A DNA stretch of 63,941 nucleotides, filler included, from Globobulimina sp. (lineage: Eukaryota), in the NCBI GenBank assembly GCA_003354225.1. It is 11 parts of 11 records of this genome, joined end to end, with 100 filler letters (N's around TTAATTAATTAA, not from the genome) between each part and the next. Parts side by side here need not be neighbours in the genome. Positions count along the whole stretch, not along the records: positions 23,354 to 29,075 come from PIVH01000456.1; positions 29,176 to 34,897 come from PIVH01000457.1; positions 34,998 to 40,708 come from PIVH01000458.1; 8 more parts are not named here. The stretch is one strand, 5' to 3'. The notes below the pieces were generated by a model. That model ran no database searches, had not been told where the DNA came from, and saw only the letters and a list, made by a program, of their open reading frames with translations. This document shows positions 26,349-39,468 of this stretch, piece by piece. The position numbers and the translations under genes were made by a program. The stretch's first letter is position 1; the number at the start of each line of letters is the position of its first letter.

Positions 26349-27308
26349 TCAGCTGGCACGAGCTTCGTAGCACACTCCAACATACACAGAACCCAACATA
26401 CAAATTACGCTTACGGCTGTAAATAGACGATATTTTACTTCTGCGTTTGTTTCTGTTTGATTGTGAAATTTGTTGCTGCATTCTTTGCGTAAGTTATCAT
26501 AATGTGATTCAAACATTAAATTATCATCCAAATCCATCAAAGCAAACATGCCAACACCACTTAATACCATAGTCACAGCATCTTTCGCACAAAAAATAAC
26601 CATAAATGAACCAACAATTCCGCCAAAAGCAACCACTCTGTTCACAACATATCCTGTCCGTGCCCAGAATTTATTTATTCCATTTTCATAAACTGGTAAT
26701 TTGTGTATCCCTTTCCTCGCAAACAATTCATGCGTGCCTTTGTAGCTCATGATTGTACACATCACAAATGCTAATAATTTATACACAAGTTTTGCTGCTG
26801 ACATTTTTTCCAGGTCACAATGGTTAAAATCTTTGCCTTCGCCGTCAAATCCTTGCAATGAAACCTCATAAAGTATAAATACGATACCGCACAATTGTGC
26901 AAAAGCACACAATAAACCTTTTGTTACATCTTGGAATGAAGCAGGACACAATGCCAAATATTGATAAATATCAATTTGTTTATTTTCAATACATTTCATG
27001 ATTGTACTCTGCTTTTCTTTGACACTCTCTCCAACACCAATCGATATATCTGTTTCTCGTTCTGATATTGAAAACGTACGATTGGTCTCTTTCATGTCTA
27101 ATTCTTTATTTTTTGAACTTTGGTATGGAACAGATTTTCACCAACACGAATTGAAAAAGGATGCGGAGATTGCCGGAGAATCTTCGAAAATGTGCGAAAA
27201 ATCGTATGTAGATTCAGCTGCATCCAGATTTATATAATTAAATAATAATGAATTCATTCTCATTTCATATTGGATTGGTTCTGGTTTGTTTGTGATTGGA
27301 GCGAACAT
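26349..27308 (-). CDS. Multi-pass membrane protein; the frame extends upstream through an in-frame TGA at 27138-27140
   Basis: Hydrophobic helices and a LMDLDD motif. The ORFs 27138..27335 and 26349..27095 are in the same frame. Confidence 0.55.
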
Positions 27309-27538
27309 CGTTGTTTGATATTTGAGCCTACACAAGTTAACTTATATATGTTTCTAGAAGAGGTTAATTTTCGAACAGTATCTTAATTTAGCCTCGAGAT
27401 ATTTAGTTTTCTTGAATATCAACGAAGTTGAGTGAAAAATCGTACGTGTTGTTTACCAAGAAAGCATCCTCCTGTCTGCCCACCACAAACTAAACACACA
27501 CCAATCCAACCAAATCTACCTATTATTTTAATAACAAC

Positions 27539-28407
<869 letters not shown>

Positions 28408-28605
28408 GTTCTTTAAGGCAGCAGATTTAGTATAAATGTGTTAAACCAATTATTGTTTGTTTCAAAACCGTTAAAAACTAAAACTTTAAATTAAACCATT
28501 ATTATTGTTCCCTTTTTATACATTTTTTATTGGGTTTTTTTTTCTTTAATTTCAAGGCAGAGTCCGACACAGTTTCTGTTTAAAAAACAGTTTGTAAGGA
28601 ACGGA

Positions 28606-29075
28606 TCACTGCTCACTCTTAAATATAAAGACACAGTCATCTTTTCCAGCAATGACCTTATGAATTTGTGCAAAATCATTTAATTCATCAAAGTTTTTTT
28701 TATCAATTTCAAAAAATGAATCCGTAATCCCAATAACTCGTAGGTCACTATCGAATTTATCAAACGTATAACCGAACGTTACTATTCTTCCAAACTTTGT
28801 AATTAATATAATATGATCAAACCCCACAGAAAAATCTCGATACAGAACACGATTTGTATTGAACCATACACCATTTTGCATTAAATCATCTTTATGGTTT
28901 TTCGATTTCATGATCCATTTTGCTCGACCAAATCCATAGAAATATCCTTTTGCAGTCAAACAAGCTGTGAAATATTTGCCACATTCAGCTTTGATAATAT
29001 TCGTTTTCTCATTAATTTTATGCGAACATGAATATATTTTTGGTGTATTTACCATTATTGTAGCTTATTACTATA
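28606..29075 (-). CDS. RCC1-repeat protein, C-terminal fragment
   Basis: IIKAECGKYFT and SVGFDHIILIT, similar to the gene at 23691. Confidence 0.7.
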
Positions 29076-29175
29076 NNNNNNNNNNNNNNNNNNNNNNNNN
29101 NNNNNNNNNNNNNNNNNNNTTAATTAATTAANNNNNNNNNNNNNNNNNNNNNNNNNNNNNNNNNNNNNNNNNNNN

Positions 29176-29752
29176 TCAGCTGTGGTGGGCTCAGCTGTGG
29201 TGGGCTCGGCTGTGGTGGCACAAGCATCCAAACAAAAGTCAAATGACTCTTCAGCTGTCGAGAATGCAGAATTAAATACTAATGTGTCATTAATTTGAAT
29301 TTGAACATACCCATAACCATTGACGCAACATAGACCATCACCAAACGCATCAAAAATGGTAAATGTATAACAATGGTCACCTTGCAACGAATAATTAAAT
29401 CGCATAAATGTATAAGAGTTATCGACAGTGCCTTGGTATAACGCAACCACATCGACAGTGCCTTGGTATACAAATTCAAATGAGGTTTCACCACCAAATT
29501 GATCAGATTGTAACAGCACAGTCACTACAGTTTGACAGTCAGGGCCAGAATGTGAAAGCCGTCGTGCTTCAAATACGGCAACACCCGGATGCCTACAATT
29601 TGTGTTATATTTATATACAAAAACATACAAAAACAATTATACAGATATCATATGTTTATATTTAACTGTTTATATTTATCACCATCGAGAAATGTTGATT
29701 CGCCAATTGTTGCATAGAAGATCGTTGTCAATGTCAATGTCAATGTAAACAT
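29176..29752 (-). CDS. Secreted or surface protein with a YTFTIFDxxGDGxCC beta domain and TAEPT mucin-like repeats (3' truncated)
   Basis: Signal-like N-terminus, one intron near 29595-29667, EPTTA repeats at the contig end. Confidence 0.65.
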
Positions 29753-30156
29753 CTCGAGATTGTCAAAATAAATTAATAAATCTAACACGCGAATAATGGA
29801 ATTGCGAGGAAAAAAAACTGTTTTATCTTTGCTCAGTCTAAATTTATATAAAGAATGGCAAAGCAACATCCGTTTGCCAGAAGTGATGAAATCATAGCTC
29901 GCATTCTCGCCGAAGGCTTTAGAATTATCGAAAAAAGCAAGAAATGTTTCTTGATTCCTTGAACAAACTCATTAAATATTTTATCTTTTTCGCAATCACT
30001 GATGAACAAAAAATAATATCAACACCAACAATCACAGAGTGGAGTTGATGATTTTGTCGATGAATTTGCTACAAATTTAAATGAATTTTTGGAGTGCATG
30101 ACTTTTATACAAAATAAAACTCACATTTTAGTATGTTAAAAATCAAACAAAGGCTG

Positions 30157-30849
30157 CTAATTTCTCTTCTTTTGGATTTTAGTCTTGTTGCTTAAAAAAC
30201 GATATGCAAATAACACCAAAGTAGTAATCATTATGGCAAATACAAAAAAAGCAAATCTCCATAAAGCGCCATAAACAGCAATGGATACTAATGATTCTTG
30301 ATCGGTGTTTAGCGGACTTTGTGGTTTTAATTCATTGATAAGTGACTCTAGATTTTGTGGTGTTTCTGTGCATTGACTAGACGTTATTTGGTATAGTTCC
30401 AACGCATCACCAACAGTCATTGATGGTTTGTTCAACTGTTTATTTACTAAATTATGAATATTCACAGTAAATGCAAATAACTCTGTAGGTGAATTGAGAT
30501 ATTTATCCAAATCAAAATTAATTACATTCTCTTTATAATGATTTGCACATAATCGACATGGAATTATTCGATCGATGTTCAAATAAAATGATTTGTAATT
30601 TTGTTTATCGTTTTCCGATGGATTGTGTGGATAATTTAGTGCCGTGCAATGAAGTGAATTCCATAACTTTGGACCCCAAATCCCTTTATTTCCGAAGCTA
30701 AATCTTTGTTTAGCATTATTCCAGCATGACAATGGTATAATATTTTGTTTGTGATCTGTTAAATTAAGTTCATCATTTTGGAATTCCTCACCTTTTGTAA
30801 ATGATCTTTGATAAAGTAATAAAACTACAACCAACAAATAAGATAACAT
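30157..30849 (-). CDS. Erv1/Alr-family FAD sulfhydryl oxidase with a signal peptide and C-terminal TM
   Basis: IWGPKLWNSLH, PCRLCANHY (CxxC), IHNLVNKQLNKP. Confidence 0.88.
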   Translation of the reverse strand: MLSYLLVVVLLLYQRSFTKGEEFQNDELNLTDHKQNIIPLSCWNNAKQRFSFGNKGIWGPKLWNSLHCTALNYPHNPSENDKQNYKSFYLNIDRIIPCRLCANHYKENVINFDLDKYLNSPTELFAFTVNIHNLVNKQLNKPSMTVGDALELYQITSSQCTETPQNLESLINELKPQSPLNTDQESLVSIAVYGALWRFAFFVFAIMITTLVLFAYRFLSNKTKIQKKRN

Positions 30850-30894
30850 TTTGTTACTGTAAAGAGTGCAGTAAAATCTTTTTGCGTTTGCATC

Positions 30895-32805
30895 ATGGCA
30901 GCTAAAAACAAATCAGAGTACCAAGGTTTCGAACAAGGCGATATTGCTGTTAGAAAAGGCAGATTATGTGTAATCACCAAAATCAATTGGGATGTTAATC
31001 CACCCGACGTTACCGTTAAAATGCAAGATAATGGAGCTACCGTTGGCACAGAATTCAGCCGACTACAACGACCAACGGTATGCATTTATTCTTATATTCC
31101 ATGTATTTTTTTAATACAACAAACAAAAATATCCACACTTCAACAGCATGAGGATATGCTCAAAATGCCAATGGTTTGTGATAGATTATCATTCCTTTTT
31201 TATTCCGCAATTGCAATGTGATATACTTGTGCAAATATCCATTTATATATAAACATCATTTCCATTTATTCATACTTGCGCTGTTATTTTAAAATAATTA
31301 ATTAATGTTAGGATAAGAAACAAATTCAACCCATTACAACATCAAATAATCGAAAAAGAAGTTTTATCGATGCGTTTTTCCAAGAACGAAAACAGAAATT
31401 TTCATCCAACACTAATAAAAACACTGTAAACACAAACAATTGTAATAATATACCACAAATAACATCAAATAGCACATTTGAACGTTTATTAAACGATTTA
31501 GCAAACGATGAACCACCACAAAAACGTAGCAAATTATCCCATAATATTGCAAATGCACAAGTATGAGCATTGTTATTCTGTTTTTTATGATGGTATTACA
31601 ATCTCATTGAACTTGGATAAATGTTGCTAAATATATTTGACATATAAACCAATATATTTGACAACATTTGTTCGCGTCCAATCCATCATAAACAACACAA
31701 TAAAACAAATAAAAAGGAAAACGAAATTGTAAAACGTAATACATAGGGCTGGTATTGCAGTGCGTGTACCGTCGAAAACACAGATATGGAGACAGACAAA
31801 TGTTATTTGTGTGGCACAGTACGGACATTTGAAGAGAAAATAAAATATCCCATTGTTTCGCCTGTAATATTACCACAAGAAGAGAAGAAAGAAAATCTAG
31901 AAAACAAAAAAAACCATAACAATAATATCAAAAATGACGTATTGACATTTATAACATACAATGTGTGGTTCAATGAAGAATTACATATAATTGAACGTAT
32001 GGAGGAGATCGGTAAAATAATCGACCACTATTCTGCGGATATTGTATGTTTGCAGGAAGTCACGCCGTTAATATTGGATATAATACAGAATGGCCATTGG
32101 TACAAATCAAACAAATATTGCTCGACCATACTACCACAACATGCTTTTTTTAATGGTTTGCGATATTTCAATGTGATTCTCACCAAACATGAATTCAGGA
32201 ACGATGCCATTCAATTTAAACCATTCAGAAACACACAAATGGGCAGACATTTAGTTGTGACACCCATTAAATACAATAATATGATAATATACGCAGCCAC
32301 GTCACATTTGGAGTCACCTGTTGGTGAATATGGGGGTGGCAAAAAGGACAAATTCTCTGCGGAAAGGAAGCAGCAATTACAATATTCCTTGCAGTTATTG
32401 GATGAGATTGGCGACAAAAATAAGAATGGTAATATAATATTTGGCGGTGATATGAATTGGTGCAAAGCCAGCAAGAATAAGGAGAATGATGGCGATATGG
32501 ATAAGTTTTTGAATAATAATTGGTGCGATTGTTATCGTCAGATTCATGGGAATAAGAATGGATATACTTATGACGCAAAAACGAATGGAATGTTATCTGG
32601 ATATTTAGCAAATAGATTGGATAGAATATTATTTAAAAAGAATGCAAATTTGAAATTGAAATCTTGTGAGATGATCGGCAGAGAAGCCATTCCAAATTTA
32701 ACTTATGTTAAAACATTCAAACGCAAGACTGGCGATGAAGAGAAAACACTGCCGGTTTTGCCTTCTGACCATTATGGATTAGTCGCACAGTTTCATGTTG
32801 CTTGA
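30895..32805 (+). CDS. TDP2: Tyrosyl-DNA phosphodiesterase 2-like protein (RanBP2-type zinc finger plus EEP domain), multi-exon
   Basis: WYCSACTVEN...CYLCGT, TYNVWF, CLQEVT, TSHLES, GGDMNW, RLDR, PSDHYGL. Confidence 0.85.
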
Positions 32806-33030
32806 TTTTTTCATTTATTTAATGACGAGATCATGCGGAGATTTTCAACTCATTCATTTGAGGACTAGCTAGCTCACTTCGTGAAAATCTTAAAATCAGT
32901 GTTATCACGTAGCGCATAATAAAAGTTTAATAGAAAACACAATCTGACACTGAACGTTTCTATGTGGATTCAATACTATTTTGTCGTTTTTTGATATATA
33001 CACATGTACAATAAAGAAATAACAATTAAA

Positions 33031-34197
33031 TCAGTACGTGTCACTATTAACATGGGGCAATTCTGGTTGTTCCAATTCAGAGATAACACTGTCATCATCA
33101 CTGTCCTCCTCCTCTCCATCACCGCCATAACTCACATCATCATCTTGTACTTGAATTACTTTATGTAATTTAATTTTGGCGGAAGTGACTGACGGTACAC
33201 TAAATTTACGTGGTTTTCTTTGTAATTTGCGAACAATATCAATTATTTTTCTACATAACACATTTGCTAATTTTCGATTATTTTGGGCATCAATATGTAC
33301 ATAATCTGCCTCCGAAGTTTGAATATAATTATTTGCATTGATAAAATGTACCATATTTGCTGCATATTTGTCTTTAATTTTCGCGTATTGGGTTTGCAAT
33401 GATTGTGATATATTTATCGATGCATTGGTAAACATCCAATTTTTATTTATTTCATTTATTTGTCTGATAAATGGGGGTGTTATTAATATGATAATTGGTC
33501 CATGCGATACAACCTCTTCTTGTATGGGCCATATCTCTGCAGAAACACATGCAGAGATTAACTGATTCATTGCCGAGGATATCTTATTTGCAGATGGATG
33601 AAACACGGATTTACAATCATTTATACCTAACATTATGATCACAATATCGATTGGTTTATGTGAGTATAATATTGGTAGGATTTGTTCCGTTCCATTCATG
33701 GATAATTTGCGTCGCTCATTTTGTAAATTCCCGTCCAAATCTTCGTGATTTATAGTTCGACCATTTAAAGCTTCACAGATTACTTCCATTTGATATGTAT
33801 TATTTGCATTGCTATTCAATAGTTTATGTAAAATGTATGGGTATCTTTCATTTGGTTCTAACCGATTTTGAGTGTCTGGGTCAAATCCCCAGCTTGTATT
33901 ATCACCATAGATTAAGATGTTATAATCTCGTTTATATTTAATTGTATCATAATCATTGTGTTTTATATCGTCTTTAATGTTACTTTTATTGTCAGAATCT
34001 GTAGTTTTGTTACCTTCATTCAATGGAAATGCCCGGTTTATTCCATTTTTTTTACGTTTTTCTGAATATAGTCCATAAACGTAGCCCAACGTTGCTGCGG
34101 ATGCTATGAGCAACGCACCAATTGTTAACCAGCGTCGTTGATCGTTTTCAGAATACATATATCGACGTCGATTGGTACTAGCTGTTCTACCTTTCAT
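33031..34197 (-). CDS. Membrane-anchored SGNH/GDSL hydrolase-like protein
   Basis: N-terminal TM, YGDNTSWG (block I variant), EALNGRT, IMLGIND, DYVH. Confidence 0.8.
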   Translation of the reverse strand: MKGRTASTNRRRYMYSENDQRRWLTIGALLIASAATLGYVYGLYSEKRKKNGINRAFPLNEGNKTTDSDNKSNIKDDIKHNDYDTIKYKRDYNILIYGDNTSWGFDPDTQNRLEPNERYPYILHKLLNSNANNTYQMEVICEALNGRTINHEDLDGNLQNERRKLSMNGTEQILPILYSHKPIDIVIIMLGINDCKSVFHPSANKISSAMNQLISACVSAEIWPIQEEVVSHGPIIILITPPFIRQINEINKNWMFTNASINISQSLQTQYAKIKDKYAANMVHFINANNYIQTSEADYVHIDAQNNRKLANVLCRKIIDIVRKLQRKPRKFSVPSVTSAKIKLHKVIQVQDDDVSYGGDGEEEDSDDDSVISELEQPELPHVNSDTY

Positions 34198-34651
34198 TGT
34201 TGTACACAGCACTTACAAATCTTACTTACAAATTAAAAACTGCAAGCACAGCATATTATCACTTTATTCATATGAATATAATCCTTACAGATCATCAGCA
34301 CTGCAACACTTATGGTCAAAACAGAAATTAGATAGGCGGAAATAGAAATTAAACCAATGCGTCTAACTTTTTGTATACTTAACTTTTTCCAATATAAAAA
34401 GTGCGTTGTACTACTTGCACTGTACATAGTATCCATATTATATTTTATAACGAAATTCTTAGATTAAAAACAGCTTGTTTCCGATTAACGATATTCAGAT
34501 AGATATTACCGAATATTTCTCTTAGATTAAAACCTGCTTAAATAAGTGATTCTGTTCATGGCTTGCATGAAACGCTCCGACAACAAATAAATAGGTACAG
34601 AAACGTTGCTCATCTCATGCAAGTTTAAATCAATCATACACAAACATGCAG

Positions 34652-34897
34652 TCATGGGATTACTCATTGAAGATCAAACATATTCAATGGTACACTGGAT
34701 TATCCAGAGCTTTTTTATGACCAATGCAAGAAATATTACATGCTACAAAACATAGGTGTTTGTTGATCATTCTTTCGCTGGTAATGATAAAGTTACATGC
34801 CTTTTTCTTCTTTTGTTTGACAAATAATAATGTGTGTAGATCCTTGTTTTTGTTGTTACCATTGAATATGTTTGATCTTCAATGAGTAATCCCATGA
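34652..34897. repeat. 41-bp perfect inverted repeat (34652-34692 and 34857-34897)
   Basis: tcatgggattactcattgaagatcaaacatattcaatggta and its exact reverse complement, which ends at the contig end. Confidence 0.9.
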
Positions 34898-34997
34898 NNN
34901 NNNNNNNNNNNNNNNNNNNNNNNNNNNNNNNNNNNNNNNNNTTAATTAATTAANNNNNNNNNNNNNNNNNNNNNNNNNNNNNNNNNNNNNNNNNNNN

Positions 34998-36724
34998 TTT
35001 ATTCTTACTCTTATTTTTATTTTTATTCATTTTACTAACATCCAATATTTTTTCTAATGAGGCATGTCCATTTTGTATTTGATTTTGAAATTGGTATAAA
35101 TACGACAATGATGCAACTTGCACAGCACAGCCATACACATTCACAAAAGTGGATGCAATTCCTTTTGAAACGAGAGCTTTTGTCATTAATTTGTCACCAA
35201 ACATATTTTGCAACGAATTTTGTAATTTTGGAATCTCAGAGAAGCCGCCAGATACAATGACAAAATCAAATGATAAATCTGATTGTTTTATTTGTTGAGT
35301 AATCCAATTTGTAGCCTCATTTAAAACGTCGTAAACAATGCTTTCAAATTTAGGTTGACTTAAAGTGAAATGATAATCAATTCCTTCATACACTGATTCA
35401 ATATCAAAGCGAACCTGATTTGATCCGCTACTCAAAACCTGTTTAATTCTCGTTATTTCTTTCAATAATTTTAATCTCGTTTTCGCATTTTCAATTTCTA
35501 TAAAACAGCCTTTGTTTCTTCTTTCAAAATCCTTAATTAACCATTTTAAAATGCATTCATCCAATGCCATGCCACTAATCTCTGTTGTTTTATTATAATA
35601 ATTATTGTTCTCATTGTTCTCGTCCTTTGCAGAGGTAATAAAGCCATGACACATCTTTACGACAGCAAACGTGGAATAAAATGTAGAAAAATCAATACAC
35701 AAAATAGATTTTGTAGCCATATTATTATCGAAATGTAATGATAATATAGCTGCAGAATGATCATATATTATCTGTAAAGGATTAAAGCCAGCCTCTAATA
35801 ACAATGATTTATAATATGTTATTTGTGCCGATGTATAATAATAAGGAACACAAGAAACAACATTTATATTTGTTGAGCCAGTTTGTGATGATATCACAGT
35901 AAATATTTTCTTTAGCATCAATACAAATGCATTATCAATAATATTTTCTTGGAAGGCGCCACTGTTGTTTTTTTTAAGTCGATATTTGACTTTTAAGAGT
36001 GGCTTAATACTCTCTTCTTTGGTTTTGTTTTCTTTATCATCAAAATTGTCATCAACATCAAAGACTGGTTGCATTACACATTTATGCATACCAAATCTGG
36101 ATGCACTCTTTTTCCATCTTGTTTTATCGTTTATTATTTATATCTTATTTATTAATAAGAAACTAAAAAACTAAACTGATTGAATTGAGATTGAAATGCT
36201 TGGACATGATGAGATTTGTTATTATTTTGTGTGAAAGAAATTAAATGTTTTGAGTGATAAATGCTATTTTTGTAATGTCTGATGGATGATTTTACAGCTT
36301 CTGTACCAATGAGTATTTCCGTATGAGTTGAATCTAAAATGGTAATCACAGATGGAATGCATCGTTCCCCTGAATCATCCGCTAATAAATTTATTTTTGA
36401 ATGGAATGATGACGAATTATTTGATTCTTCTAAAAATAATGAGCATAATTGTTGTAAATTGGTTAAATTATCAACTGCATTATTCTGAATCACCGCAATT
36501 TTGATGGAACTTGAACCAACATCCAAACCAACAAATATCTCAGGTTGATTTTGTGGTTTCAACGTTTTTTGTTGATTGTTCAAATTGTCAATTGATTCAA
36601 GGTTCGAAGATGAACTATTTAACGAGCTGCCTTGACTTCTGCCTTTGGTTTTACCTTTACCTTTTAGTCTACCTCTGCCTCTGCCTCTGCCTCTAGTTTT
36701 TCGTCTGCCACGTCTAGTTGACAT
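34998..36724 (-). CDS. Atypical Hsp70, HSPA14/Ssz1-like, 3' truncated
   Basis: VGLDVGSS, DDSGERCIPSV, IGTEA, SGMALD, ESVYEGID, VSGGFSEIPKLQ. Intron 36118-36176. Confidence 0.75.
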
Positions 36725-36829
36725 TATTATCGATCAAAGATGTGTGAAAACTTTTATTAAAATATTTTAAGTGATTTTGCATGTCATTCATAGGCTCATC
36801 GTGTTGGCGCTGCATCTGCTTCTGCTTGC

Positions 36830-37760
36830 ATCAGAGCCAACAACGAATCAACCTACAAATTACCCAACATTTGATCCAACATCAGAGCCAACAACAGATC
36901 AACCTACAATGGATCCAACCTTTGGCCCAACAGATCAACCAACATTTCCAACATATCATCCCACCAAAGCGCCCACATCTGATATTCCAACAAAATCACC
37001 AAATGTATTAAGTCAAAATGAAAATATTGATACTAACGGGGATGAATATGCTTCGGATGATTCAAAATCATCATTAAGTATTGTTATTGTAGTGATGCTT
37101 AATTTAGTTATTTGTGGGATTGGTGGTTTAATATTATTTGTTTTGTATAAAAAACATAAAAAACGAAATCCAAAACTTGTAAATATAAAAAACAAAAAAC
37201 AGAAACAAAAAACAGATCCAATCCGCGTTTTGTCACAATCAAATAATATGTCAGAAGCTGAGATATTTCCAGACATAGATCCAAAGAGTCGCTATGTTGT
37301 AGAAATGAAGGATAAAAATAAAAATCAATTTGAAGAAGGTCCAAAAATCACTGTTGAAGGTGACGACGATAATTTTAATAATATTAATATTGGCAACCAG
37401 CAATTTGAAATCGAGTCAGTTATCACTCCAAAAAGTGGTAGTCGTAATACTCAGGAACAAGCATTCCAAAATAGAATTGTTTCGGAGATGTTAACTGATG
37501 ATTTTGAGATTGTTGGAGATGGTGATGAACAAATACGAGTCACAAATCATTATAAAAGCAATAATAAAAAAGCAACAGTATTACATGAAGATAACAATAA
37601 TAATAATAATTATAATAATAATGGATTGCACGTTGATGTTGCTCTCGAGATAGAAAAGCAATTTGAAATGAATGAATTCCCTGATAATAATAATCAATTT
37701 ATAATTGAAGATGATATATTAAATAGTTGTAGTGATGAACACTGTTTTAAACTTTTGTAA
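36830..37760 (+). CDS. Mucin-like PT-repeat single-pass membrane protein (5' end uncertain or missing)
   Basis: EPTTDQPT repeats, a TM helix and a basic stop-transfer segment. Confidence 0.6.
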
Positions 37761-37986
37761 ACTCGTTATATCCGATAGTTTGTGGTGCATGTAATATGTC
37801 GACAGCAACATTAATAACATACTCAAATACATTTGGCATTGTATATTTGCACACTTTTGTATCTTTTGTACGAAACATGTACTTGTCACTCAGAACAATA
37901 TTAGTTTAATTTGTGAAAACCAAATAGTACCCCAGCCTGAGGTCACGTATTTTTAACTAAACATACAAAAAAACTTTGCTATCATC

Positions 37987-39238
37987 ATGGACGCAGACGC
38001 TTTATCCCTACTAATCATTTTAAGACAAGAACTCAAGGCAATTGCCAAAAATTTACAACCGCAAACAGAAATCATTGAAGACATTATGACAGATAATGGT
38101 CTCATTAATGATAATCCTAATCTAAATGACAAAGCTCCAGAATTATCATTAACTCCACCACCCGATAACGAACATGATGAGGATGAAAAAGCTCCAGAAT
38201 TAAAATTAAAACCAAACGACAAAGCTACCCCAAACAACAACATTAATTACAATCACATTGGATTCAAAGTTGATGAACTAATTCAAAATTATTTAACGCC
38301 AACCATCAAACAATTAAATAAAAAACAAAAAAAGAATCGAAAAAAGCGCAAGAAATCAGAGATAAATAGTTATTATTCACAATCACCATCACCTTCCCCA
38401 TTCATAAAAGATGCACATTCCCATTCTCTCTTATCACCATCACTCATTTCACCATCACTGATTTCACCGCCACAGCATCGCCCTGCGCCTAAGCACAATG
38501 GCAACAAACTTGTTGAACCCGGTCAAGTCATCGATACTATGTCTGATTACAGTGAGAAATTAGGCAGTTGCTGTCGTAAATTTGTTACTTCATTGTTTTG
38601 GTTAAGTTATTTGTTTTTTTCTATCTCATTATCCGTTTACTAAAAATATACAATTTAGCGGATGTGGATTGTTTCAAAGCATAGGTCTCATAGTTGTTAT
38701 ATTGATGTTTGGAGCGGTATTTATCTTTTATAGAGCAAGTGAGATAACATTAATATTGAAAGAATTAAACCATTGGAAAGAATTAAGTGTGAAACGCGTT
38801 GAATATGAATTTGTAAATCAACAGAAATTAGCACAGATTAATTTTGATTTGGATGTGGATATTGATAAAATGAAACAGGAGCATCAACATAGAGAAACTA
38901 TGCAAATTATTAAAACAAAGGAAGCATTGACAAAGGAATTCATCGATAAGAATACACGGACTGTGACCACTACCTATTGGAATTTCTTAACCACTGAAAC
39001 GGAGACGGTCTCACAAACGATATTTAGCGAAGAAGATATTGCATTCTTTCACAGTAATAGCTTATCGTACGGCTTCGATGCGGATAAAGCCATTCAATCA
39101 CCGCAGGATATTAACAATAAACGGAAAAAAGAAATGATTGATGCAAAAAATGGGAATGATAATGAAAATGATACTGATGCTATGCGGTGTACTTCTGATT
39201 CAGAATTATGTTCAACCGATGATTTTGACTCCATTTGA
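37987..39238 (+). CDS. Unknown membrane protein with a coiled coil (2 exons)
   Basis: Two ORFs separated by a short GT-AG intron near 38600-38658; central TM. Confidence 0.55.
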
Positions 39239-39468
39239 TTTTTTGCACTTGTCACTTGTGTGACTCATTGTCTTTATCATATCATATCATATCATCAACG
39301 TTTCATTTTTCAAACATTAATTTTATTTTTAGAAATTTTATTTAAATGATGCGGGTCAGTCATTTAATATTAGTGTTTAGGTATTTAATATAATTTTACA
39401 TTGGAAAATGTTATTCTTTAGAACAATAAGGTCATATTTTGTGCAACAGCCAATAGGGTTATAGGTCA

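Noticed and set aside
4956-27140. Alternative genetic code (stop reassignment)
   Set aside because: Only two isolated internal stops were found. TAA, TAG and TGA all end conserved genes normally, and most ORF breaks are explained by introns.
29421-29470. 20-bp direct repeat with a 10-bp spacer as a CRISPR-like unit
   Set aside because: Only two copies, forming an in-frame coding duplication (YQGTVD).
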